Assembly (NCBI GenBank): GCA_016296185.1
Contig: JAEDJT010000003.1
Coordinates: 7,125 to 71,124 of the forward strand
DNA length: 64,000 nt
Source of the DNA: Bacilli bacterium
Lineage (GTDB): Bacteria > Bacillota_I > Bacilli_A > RF39 > UBA660
Direction of reading: 5' to 3'
Each line of letters begins with the position of its first letter. Within the stretch, counting starts at the first letter, position 1. Below are positions 9,344 to 16,775 of the stretch, piece after piece. Below the pieces are notes generated by a model. That model was not told the origin of the DNA. It ran no database searches and worked only from the letters and a program-made list of their open reading frames with translations. Made by a program: the position numbers and the translations under genes.

Positions 9344-9994
9344 TTATTTAGTTTTAAACATATTTATAAATTCTTTAGGATATGGTGTTATAAAATCATA
9401 TTCTCTATTTTTTAATTTAAAATTGATATGATATGCATGTAAACACATTCTTCTTATTGGGTTAGATTTTGAACCATATTTTTTATCTCCTAATATCGGA
9501 TTTCCTAGATTACTTAATTGTACTCTTATTTGATTTTTTCTACCTGTTTTGATATTAATTTTAACTAAAGAGTATGCTCTACTTGTTTCTAATACTTCAT
9601 ATTCAGTAATTGCTAATTTTCCTCTTCTTTTATCTTTTGTTATATATACATTATGAGTTTTATCTTCTATTAAATAATTTGTTAATGTTCCTTTTTTATT
9701 TGGCAATTTACCTTCTACTACACAGATATATTCTCTAGTAACATTTTCCCATATATTTTGTATTTCTATTTTTTTATTTTGATTTTTACTAAATATTACT
9801 AACCCTGATGTATCTTTATCTAGTCTATGAACTATAAATATTTTATTTCTAGCAAATTGTTTTTTTACATAATCACTAGCTTCTCTATATAGCGTTCTAT
9901 TTTTTTCTTTGTCTGTAGCTATAGTTAGTAGTCCTGATTCTTTATCAACTACTAATAGTTCTTTATCTTCATAAATAATATTCATTTTTTTCAC
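9344..9994 (-). CDS. RluA-family pseudouridine synthase
   Basis: Catalytic motif HRLDKDTSGL, KNQIRVQL block. The start is ambiguous (GTG 9994 is 5 nt after GGGGTGA; ATG 9985 is the alternative). Confidence 0.8.
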   Translation of the reverse strand: MKKMNIIYEDKELLVVDKESGLLTIATDKEKNRTLYREASDYVKKQFARNKIFIVHRLDKDTSGLVIFSKNQNKKIEIQNIWENVTREYICVVEGKLPNKKGTLTNYLIEDKTHNVYITKDKRRGKLAITEYEVLETSRAYSLVKINIKTGRKNQIRVQLSNLGNPILGDKKYGSKSNPIRRMCLHAYHINFKLKNREYDFITPYPKEFINMFKTK

Positions 9995-10086
9995 TTTAAT
10001 CACCCCAAATGTCTTACGTATTATAACATATTAATTTGATTTTTTGCTTATTTAGTAGTAAATTATTTGATTATTAGGAGTGGTTT

Positions 10087-11085
10087 GTGGTGGAATGTAT
10101 TACTAAAAGAAAAACAATTAATGCTAAAAGAAAAGAATTGTTAGAATATATTAAAAAGAATCCTAACAAATTAATTCATATGGATAAAAGTGATTTGGAA
10201 GAATTATTATTTGAAACAAATTATGCATTAGGATTTGATTCTAATAGCTGGGGAAATGAATGGTTTAATTTAAAAGGTTTTAAATCTGCAGAAGAATTAA
10301 CTTCTACATATAAATCTATGAATGATGTAAAAAAATATGGTATATTAGCCAAATTCCCAGTTTGGACTGGTGATTTTTTAAAACATATTGATCTTAGCGA
10401 AGTTGATTGGTCAAATGTTGTATGGGATCCAGAAGTTATAAGTGAATTTGATATTCAATGGTTATATGATATGGAAGAATTCGAATATATTACAAAGCCT
10501 CAAGCTATTCCAAGTTGTATCGATACTGAATGCGATTTTTGTGTTAACTTATCTGGTACAAACGCTATTATAGATTTTAACGAATCATTCTCTGCTAAAT
10601 TATTTAAGAATGGTATTAATAATTTACTTAATATTAATTTTAATGGTGTTAATCTTTCTAAATCTAATACAAAGAGTATTACATCAATTGGTAATTGTGA
10701 TTTAAGATATACTGGTTTTGTTGTTAATAGAGATGATTTTGTTGCTAATTCAAGTGATTTAAGAACATTAAATTTAGCTGGAATCAAATCATTATTTATG
10801 GCGGGATTTAGTGATAATGATAATTGTACTTGTTATTTTGAAAATTGTAATGTTGCTGATACTGGTCTATATATTTATTCTCATATGTTAGAACAAGGAA
10901 AGAATTTTTATACTAGTAAATTTGCCGAAGATATTGAAAAAGGGTTCTATGATAATTGTACAATTAATTTAGGAATCATTGATTTAAACGATGATTTAGA
11001 TGATTATGATGATTACGATGATGATAATAATTTTGATGACGATGATTTAAATGATGGTTTTGATTTTGGATTTAGAAGACATTAA
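10087..11085 (+). CDS. Hypothetical protein, possible pentapeptide-repeat-like middle region and poly-Asp C-terminal tail
   Basis: GTG start 6 nt after AGGAG. N/L/F-periodic segment NLSGTNAIIDFNESFSAKLF...NFNGVNLSKSN. Tail DDLDDYDDYDDDNNFDDDDLNDGFDF. Confidence 0.4.
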   Translation: MVECITKRKTINAKRKELLEYIKKNPNKLIHMDKSDLEELLFETNYALGFDSNSWGNEWFNLKGFKSAEELTSTYKSMNDVKKYGILAKFPVWTGDFLKHIDLSEVDWSNVVWDPEVISEFDIQWLYDMEEFEYITKPQAIPSCIDTECDFCVNLSGTNAIIDFNESFSAKLFKNGINNLLNINFNGVNLSKSNTKSITSIGNCDLRYTGFVVNRDDFVANSSDLRTLNLAGIKSLFMAGFSDNDNCTCYFENCNVADTGLYIYSHMLEQGKNFYTSKFAEDIEKGFYDNCTINLGIIDLNDDLDDYDDYDDDNNFDDDDLNDGFDFGFRRH

Positions 11086-11115
11086 AAAAAAGAATTCATA
11101 AGAATTCTTTTTTTA
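11084..11115. terminator. Bidirectional intrinsic terminator between convergent genes
   Basis: AAGAATTC-ATAA-GAATTCTT stem flanked by an A-run and a T-run. Confidence 0.7.
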
Positions 11116-11640
11116 TTATTGTTGTTGTGTAGTTGATGCAGGAGCAGCAGCTTGCACGTTAACATTACCGTTAATATAGTTTAATACTTTATTAACATAT
11201 TCATTAATCTTAGTAGTTAATGGATTAGTTGAAGCAGGTTTAAATGTAAATACTGAAACAACGAAACCTAATTTAACAATTAAGAATAATAAATCCATTA
11301 CTGAATCAGCAATTGCTAAAATGTTTTTAATAGGAACTATTAATTTAGTTGTTTCAATAGCTTCTGCTGGATCTAAATAAGTATTAATTGTAGCAACAAT
11401 ATTAGTGATTGCTCCTTCAGCAGTAGAAACTCCTGAATAAATAACACTCCATCCCATAGAAACAATTGTGTATGCAACATAGAATGTAATAACTCTAATA
11501 GCTACGTTTTGGATTTTATCGTCTACTTCGCAGAAGATAAACATTAATAATGTAACTAATAATAAACATTCCCATCCACCAAAAATAGATGCAACTAACA
11601 TAACGCTTGCTAATCCTGGATTGATTTTAACTTTAGTCAT
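11116..11640 (-). CDS. Hypothetical polytopic membrane protein
   Basis: Start trimmed to the ATG at 11640, preceded by AAGGAGG. Four or more hydrophobic spans and a Q-rich C-terminus. Confidence 0.55.
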   Translation of the reverse strand: MTKVKINPGLASVMLVASIFGGWECLLLVTLLMFIFCEVDDKIQNVAIRVITFYVAYTIVSMGWSVIYSGVSTAEGAITNIVATINTYLDPAEAIETTKLIVPIKNILAIADSVMDLLFLIVKLGFVVSVFTFKPASTNPLTTKINEYVNKVLNYINGNVNVQAAAPASTTQQQ

Positions 11641-11683
11641 TTTTATATCCTCCTTTGTTATCAATATTATACAATAATTATCA

Positions 11684-11713
11684 AATAAAAAAAATGCTTT
11701 TGAAAGCATTTTT
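11684..11713 (-). terminator. Intrinsic terminator after the FIST-ALDH operon
   Basis: AAAUGCUU-loop-AAGCAUUU stem (11711..11692), then a U-run on the minus strand, directly after the ALDH stop. Confidence 0.7.
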
Positions 11714-13153
11714 TTATTTTAAAATATTCTTTAATATTATAGTTTTTGTTCTAGACATTTCTTTTAATGTAGACATAACACCTTCATTACCAATTCCAGA
11801 ATGTTTCCATCCACCAAATGGCATTTCAAATGATCTGAAGAATGATGCACCATTAATAATTGCTCCACCACATTCTAATTGATTTGCAACTTTAATAGCA
11901 TTATTAACATCTTTAGAAATGATTGAACCACATAATCCAAATGATGATTGATTTGCAATTTTAATTGCTTCATTTATATCATCGAATCCAATTATTGATA
12001 CTACTGGACCAAAGATTTCCATATCTTTAGCAACAGCCATGTTTTTAGTTACACCATCAATAATTGTTGGGTCAAAGAATGCTCCATCTCTTTTGCCACC
12101 GATAACAATTTTTGCACCTTCTGCAACTGTTTGATTAACTTGTTCTTCTACTCTTTTTGCAGCAGCTTCACTTATTAAACATCCTAATTGTGTTTCAGGA
12201 TCAGATGGCATTCCTCTTTTAATTTTTTCAATTCTATCTTTTAATTTTTTAATATATTCTTTTTTAACTGAATTGTGAATTAAGAAACGTTTTGATGCAC
12301 AACATACTTGTCCAGTATTATAGAATCTTCCCCAGATAGTTTCTTCAACAGCTAAATCGATGTCTCCGTCTCTATCTAAAATAAATGCATCATTTCCACC
12401 TAGTTCTAACATTACATGAGTTAAGTTAGCACTACATGTTTTCATTGTTTCCATTCCTGATTTAGTAGCTCCAGTTAAACTTACTAATGCTACTCCAGGA
12501 TTAGCAGCTAATGCTTGTGCAGCGTCTCCGCCTGTACCATTAATTACATTAATAGCACCTTCATCAACACCTGCTTCTAATAATAATTCAGCGTATTTGT
12601 TTAATGTTAATGGATTATGAGGAGATGGTTTCATTATAACTGAATTACCCATTAATAATGCTGGTGGGATTTTTTGACAGAATAAGTCACTTGGGAAATT
12701 GAAAGGAATAATTGCAACTACTACTCCTAATGGAGCTTGAACTGTATATTGTAAAGTATTTTCATTTCCTGCTTCTTGACCAGCCGGAACCATATTTCCA
12801 TATTCATGTTTTGCTTTTTCACAGAATGCTGGAATACCAATTGAAACGTTTGCGATTTCTCCATATGCTTCTGTTATTGGTTTACCAGTTTCATCGCTTA
12901 ATAATTTTGCTAATTCATCTTTATCACGTTCTACTAATGAAACGAATTTCATTAATATTTTTGCACGTTCATGTAAAGGTCTTTTAGCCCATATTTTTTG
13001 TCCTTTTTTCGCTGCTTGAACTGCTGCATCGCAATCTTTTACGCAAGTTTCAGGAACTGTATCTATAACTTCACCAGTTGCAGGATTAGTAATAGTTATT
13101 ACTTTTCCGTCTGATGAGTCTACCCATTTACTTCCTATTAAATTTTTAGCCAT
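11714..13153 (-). CDS. NAD(P)-dependent aldehyde dehydrogenase family protein
   Basis: ALDH blocks MLELGGNDAF (Glu active site), GQVCCASKR (Cys active site), FPSD, GxTxxG. Start moved to the ATG after AGGTGA, which overlaps the FIST stop. Confidence 0.85.
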   Translation of the reverse strand: MAKNLIGSKWVDSSDGKVITITNPATGEVIDTVPETCVKDCDAAVQAAKKGQKIWAKRPLHERAKILMKFVSLVERDKDELAKLLSDETGKPITEAYGEIANVSIGIPAFCEKAKHEYGNMVPAGQEAGNENTLQYTVQAPLGVVVAIIPFNFPSDLFCQKIPPALLMGNSVIMKPSPHNPLTLNKYAELLLEAGVDEGAINVINGTGGDAAQALAANPGVALVSLTGATKSGMETMKTCSANLTHVMLELGGNDAFILDRDGDIDLAVEETIWGRFYNTGQVCCASKRFLIHNSVKKEYIKKLKDRIEKIKRGMPSDPETQLGCLISEAAAKRVEEQVNQTVAEGAKIVIGGKRDGAFFDPTIIDGVTKNMAVAKDMEIFGPVVSIIGFDDINEAIKIANQSSFGLCGSIISKDVNNAIKVANQLECGGAIINGASFFRSFEMPFGGWKHSGIGNEGVMSTLKEMSRTKTIILKNILK

Positions 13154-13162
13154 TTTTTTCAC

Positions 13163-14320
13163 CTACTTTGAGAATGATGTGAATGATAAAGATAATCCTC
13201 CGATATTTGCACCTGAGTGATTTGCTTGACCATATTCACCAAATGTAAATGCTACGATGAATGGAATATCTCCTGCAGCATTTTTAATTGCTACGAAGTC
13301 TTCATCAATTCTATCGCCTATACATAATTTTCTTCCGCCACAATGAATCATAAATAATGCAGCTGGATCTATACCTTTTTTAGCTTCTTTAACTGCATCA
13401 ACAGCACCTTGGATTAATCCATCAACTGTATTTTCTAATTGAATAATAGCTGTTTTTTCTGCAACTTTTGCTCCAACATTGAATGAATAATCTGGGTTAC
13501 CAACCATTGGGTGACGTACACAAGTTAAATCACCTTGAACAGTTTTAACACCTAATGCATATGGAATAGATGCTACTAATAGGTTTTGTCCCATTAATTC
13601 ATCTGGATTCATGTTATTCCATTCAGCATATTTTTTAAGTGCTGGTACTCCATCGATTTCACAAATCTTACGATCATTTTCAACTTTAGTTACTATACCA
13701 ACTTTATTTGTTTCTTTATATGCACCTGTAAATACATTTTTTAAATCTTTTGTTGTATAGAAGAATGCTACAGCACATCCATCACCAAAACTCTTATCTT
13801 GGCAGAAGATTTTCCAATCTCCAACTACTGCGTCATCAGCTGCAGATCCACCAAACATTGGAACTTCACCAATTACATCTTGGATACCTTTTAAATAATA
13901 TTCTTCTTCAGCTGGTGATGCAAACATTGCAAATGCAACTGGAGCAAATTTCTTTCCAGCATCTTTCATTGCTTCTGTAGCAATTTTTACACCTGTAGCT
14001 CTTGGGTCTTCTCCTCTTGGAGATGAAGCTACACCTACTGTTAATTCATTATCATCTAATGTTAACATACCTGCGAATCCGTTTTCACCAGAAATAATTC
14101 CTTCTGGAGTCATGATTGCACCTGAAGATGTACATCCTAATACTTTAATGTCAGAATTAACAGATTTAATACCTTTAATTAATTCATCTTGGTTATATTT
14201 TACTGATGAAAATAATAAACCAACTTTTGGATTTTTAATTCCTTTTAATGCTCCTTTTGCTGTTTCAACGCCAGCTTCGAAGCTGTCAGCTAGAATACTT
14301 GATCCAACCATTGCTTTCAT
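13163..14320 (-). CDS. Stand-alone FIST (FIST_N + FIST_C) domain protein
   Basis: 385 aa with N-terminal ...GLLFSS...VLGCTSSGAI and C-terminal ...MIHCGGR...FTFGEYG pattern as I recall it for FIST proteins. SD GAGGAGG. Confidence 0.5.
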   Translation of the reverse strand: MKAMVGSSILADSFEAGVETAKGALKGIKNPKVGLLFSSVKYNQDELIKGIKSVNSDIKVLGCTSSGAIMTPEGIISGENGFAGMLTLDDNELTVGVASSPRGEDPRATGVKIATEAMKDAGKKFAPVAFAMFASPAEEEYYLKGIQDVIGEVPMFGGSAADDAVVGDWKIFCQDKSFGDGCAVAFFYTTKDLKNVFTGAYKETNKVGIVTKVENDRKICEIDGVPALKKYAEWNNMNPDELMGQNLLVASIPYALGVKTVQGDLTCVRHPMVGNPDYSFNVGAKVAEKTAIIQLENTVDGLIQGAVDAVKEAKKGIDPAALFMIHCGGRKLCIGDRIDEDFVAIKNAAGDIPFIVAFTFGEYGQANHSGANIGGLSLSFTSFSK

Positions 14321-14393
14321 AAATAATTCCTCCTCTTTATTCTTTAAAGCATTTTTACTTTAAAATGGATTATCTTATAATCCCTCTATGTTA

Positions 14394-14422
14394 ATTTTAT
14401 TACTTTTTTGTCTATTTTTCAA
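14394..14422 (-). promoter_or_regulatory. Promoter of the FIST-ALDH operon
   Basis: TTGAAA (14422..14417) - 17 nt - TAAAAT (14399..14394) on the minus strand, located downstream of the 14446..14476 terminator. Confidence 0.6.
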
Positions 14423-14445
14423 GGGGGGTATATTTAAAAAAAGGC

Positions 14446-14476
14446 ACAAAAAAAAGGAAATATTAATCATTTCCTT
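14446..14476 (-). terminator. Intrinsic terminator closing the large non-coding unit
   Basis: AAGGAAAU-GAUUAAU-AUUUCCUU 8-bp stem (14476..14454) immediately followed by U8 on the minus strand. Confidence 0.75.
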
Positions 14477-15519
14477 TCTAACAATTTATTAATTATCTTT
14501 GCGGAGATAATCATTTAATTGCTATTTGTTGCATTTGTACGTTTTTTTAAATTAACTCCCATATAGCAGAATGAATTTGACATACTATTTTGACAGTTTC
14601 ATAAATATGGTGACATCAATCATCCTATATTTCAAATACATACTACATTCACGTCTAACTATACTGTTGTATAAGAGTTCTCCAATTCATCGCTAAATTT
14701 TATTTATACGCGCACACACGATATAGCATATTGTGATTAACCTCATGGAAGCTAACCATGAAGAATTTCACTCAACATTTGGATTGCTTGATTCTCTTGC
14801 AAGACAAGTTTAAGACTCTCCAATTTTTAAACGCGGTCAGATTACTTTGTACCAATACACTTAACTTAAAATCCCAAAGTTTTCTTCTCTATATGCTATT
14901 TCACCAGAGAATGAAATCTAATTCAAAAAAGTCAGTTGTAGAAATACTCCATAAAATAACTATCAATGCATAACATACTTGCGACTATATTAACTTGTAA
15001 TATAATCTGGACTAGTATGAAAGCTATCCATCATTTTCATTACAATATTATCACTCATATTGAGAATGTTGAAAATGCTAACAACTAATAACACTATAAT
15101 GGCAGTCAGTACTCCAATTTCTTGAATAATGATCGATTGGTGATGAATTAAGAAACCAATCAACGATTAACTTTCAACGGCTAGAATTTATTTTTACATA
15201 AATCCTCTTCAGATGCATTTCTGCACTGGAACTTCTGCCTGGGGGCTTGGTGATGCAACACCAATATACAAATGTACTGCAAATACACATGTTACAGACA
15301 GACAATTACGTCACTTGCAATAACGTAAGCCACCTTTAAATAATTTTGCGGATTATTTATCAGTGAAGGTATGATAATCTTATACATATCATTTCACAAA
15401 ATGAAATATAAGTTTCCTTATATTTTCGCTATTTTTCAAGTTTATGCCCTATGAATATGTTCGTCATATATACCAGATACCGTCTCCAGTATACCTCCTT
15501 ACTATATTAAGTATATACT
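14446..15519 (-). ncRNA. Candidate very large (about 1.07 kb) structured non-coding RNA of unknown class; ends approximate
   Basis: Promoter-to-terminator unit with no ORF of 60 aa or more on its strand. G+C is far above other spacers. There are many local helices, several with G-U pairs valid only on the minus strand, a GAAA tetraloop hairpin and twin CCGCAA loops. Confidence 0.5.
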
Positions 15520-15553
15520 TTTTTAATTATATAGTCAATTGAAAATTTTACAA
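15510..15553 (-). promoter_or_regulatory. Candidate promoter(s) of the large ncRNA
   Basis: TTGTAA-16-TATAAT (15553..15526) overlapping TTGACT-17-TATACT (15538..15510) on the minus strand. Confidence 0.5.
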
Positions 15554-15557
15554 TTTA

Positions 15558-15586
15558 TTGATAATTTCAGAATGCTATGTTAATAT
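15558..15586 (+). promoter_or_regulatory. Promoter of the M3-like peptidase triplet, back-to-back with the ncRNA promoter
   Basis: TTGATA-17-TAATAT on the plus strand. The ORF-track ATG at 15587 abuts the -10 hexamer and lies upstream of the predicted transcription start. Confidence 0.55.
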
Positions 15587-15613
15587 ATGCAATTATCAAG
15601 GGAGTTTTGTGCT

Positions 15614-16771
15614 ATGAAAAAAATTAAATGGGATTTTGATACTATTTTAAATGATAGAAATGTATTAGTTGATATGGCAAACAATGAAGAAGATGTTGTA
15701 AAAAAATATCAATTAATGTCTGTCATCTCATTCTTAGATAATTACCATTTTATTAATTTATCAAAAGCAAAAGCTCCTAAACAGGACTTACATTCTAGGC
15801 TATATTACACCGCATCGGAAAGAGTTGGATACCAATCTGCATATTTCTTAGTTCATCAGTTTTATAACGACTTATTAGCTCTTCAACCTTTATTTGATGA
15901 TAACAAAAAACTACTAGGAAAAGTATTAGGATCGGAAGCTGATTTTACTAATAAACTTGGTCTACATATTTCAAATAAACAAGCATTTGCTGCTGTTGAA
16001 TCTTTTTATAATTCATTTGATTCTGAATTATTAGAATATTTTTATCCTACTTTTTTAGAAAAAGATAAACAAGTTAGATTTGTAAAAGATAATAATACTA
16101 AAGGCGCTGATTCTGAAAGTGATGGTTTTTGTTTCTTTGTTGGTGGTTTAAATAAAAATTATATTTCAGTAAATAATGAAAAATCACCATCTAAAGCTTA
16201 TAACTTAATTCACGAATTCGGTCATTCAATCGCTAACTTAATTAATCCTTTTTATTGTTATCAAGAAAGAACAACATTCTTCGGTGAAGTTCAATCTATG
16301 TTCCCAGAATTAGTTGCAATGTATGAAAATCCATTAGGTTTACCTGAAATAGAAAATCTTCATTTATTATATTGTAATTTATTAGCTAATTATCAAAATG
16401 CAAACTATCTTGTTATGCACGATTTAATTATTAATGAATGGGAAGATAATAAATATAGAATTAATATTCCTTTATATTTTAGATTAAAAAGAAAATATAA
16501 TATTGATAAATATGAATTATATAATTCTTTAAGTAAAAGTATTACAGACAGTGGTGAATATATTTTAAGCTTTGCTGTATGTTGTGAATTACTATATATT
16601 TATAAACAAGATAAAGCTAAAGCTTTAAAACTATTTAAACAAATATTAAACATTTCATCATATGGTAATGAATTATCTCAAGTATTAAGTATTATAAATA
16701 TAAACGAACATACTTTAGATATCTCTCAAGATATTTGTGAAAAACTTAATTTAGCTTTAAGAAAGATGTGA
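15614..16771 (+). CDS. Half-size M3 (PepF/oligoendopeptidase F-like) zinc metallopeptidase, paralogue 1
   Basis: HEFGH followed about 20 aa later by FFGEVQSMFPE (HExxH...E-x-x-S-x-x-x-E gluzincin pattern). Start at the ATG 15614 after AAGGGAG. Confidence 0.55.
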   Translation: MKKIKWDFDTILNDRNVLVDMANNEEDVVKKYQLMSVISFLDNYHFINLSKAKAPKQDLHSRLYYTASERVGYQSAYFLVHQFYNDLLALQPLFDDNKKLLGKVLGSEADFTNKLGLHISNKQAFAAVESFYNSFDSELLEYFYPTFLEKDKQVRFVKDNNTKGADSESDGFCFFVGGLNKNYISVNNEKSPSKAYNLIHEFGHSIANLINPFYCYQERTTFFGEVQSMFPELVAMYENPLGLPEIENLHLLYCNLLANYQNANYLVMHDLIINEWEDNKYRINIPLYFRLKRKYNIDKYELYNSLSKSITDSGEYILSFAVCCELLYIYKQDKAKALKLFKQILNISSYGNELSQVLSIININEHTLDISQDICEKLNLALRKM

Positions 16772-16775
16772 TAAT

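Noticed and set aside
14758-14973. 71-aa plus-strand ORF inside the large non-coding gap
   Set aside because: It has no SD or promoter and a non-protein-like composition. It lies antisense to the promoter/terminator-delimited unit. blastx should still be run to exclude a gene remnant.
14540-15274. Long-range 8-9-bp complementarity (CAUUUGUA 15274..15267 with UACAAAUG 14539..14532) as a domain-closing helix
   Set aside because: By a rough estimate, many such 8-mers are expected by chance in 1 kb of AT-rich sequence. It is not meaningful without covariation.
15461-15500. Perfect SD-like AAGGAGGU (15500..15493, minus strand) at the 5' end of the candidate RNA, raising the possibility of a small peptide gene
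   Set aside because: No ATG/GTG/TTG lies within 4-12 nt. The nearest options are a CTG-initiated 16-codon frame and an ATG 24 nt downstream with a 12-codon frame.
14446-15519. The idea that the RNA is a CsrB-like GGA-motif sponge, or a known housekeeping RNA (RNase P, tmRNA, 6S, SRP)
   Set aside because: About 13 GGA triplets in about 1.07 kb is close to my rough composition-based expectation. None of the hallmark sequences of RNase P, tmRNA or SRP RNA were seen on either strand.
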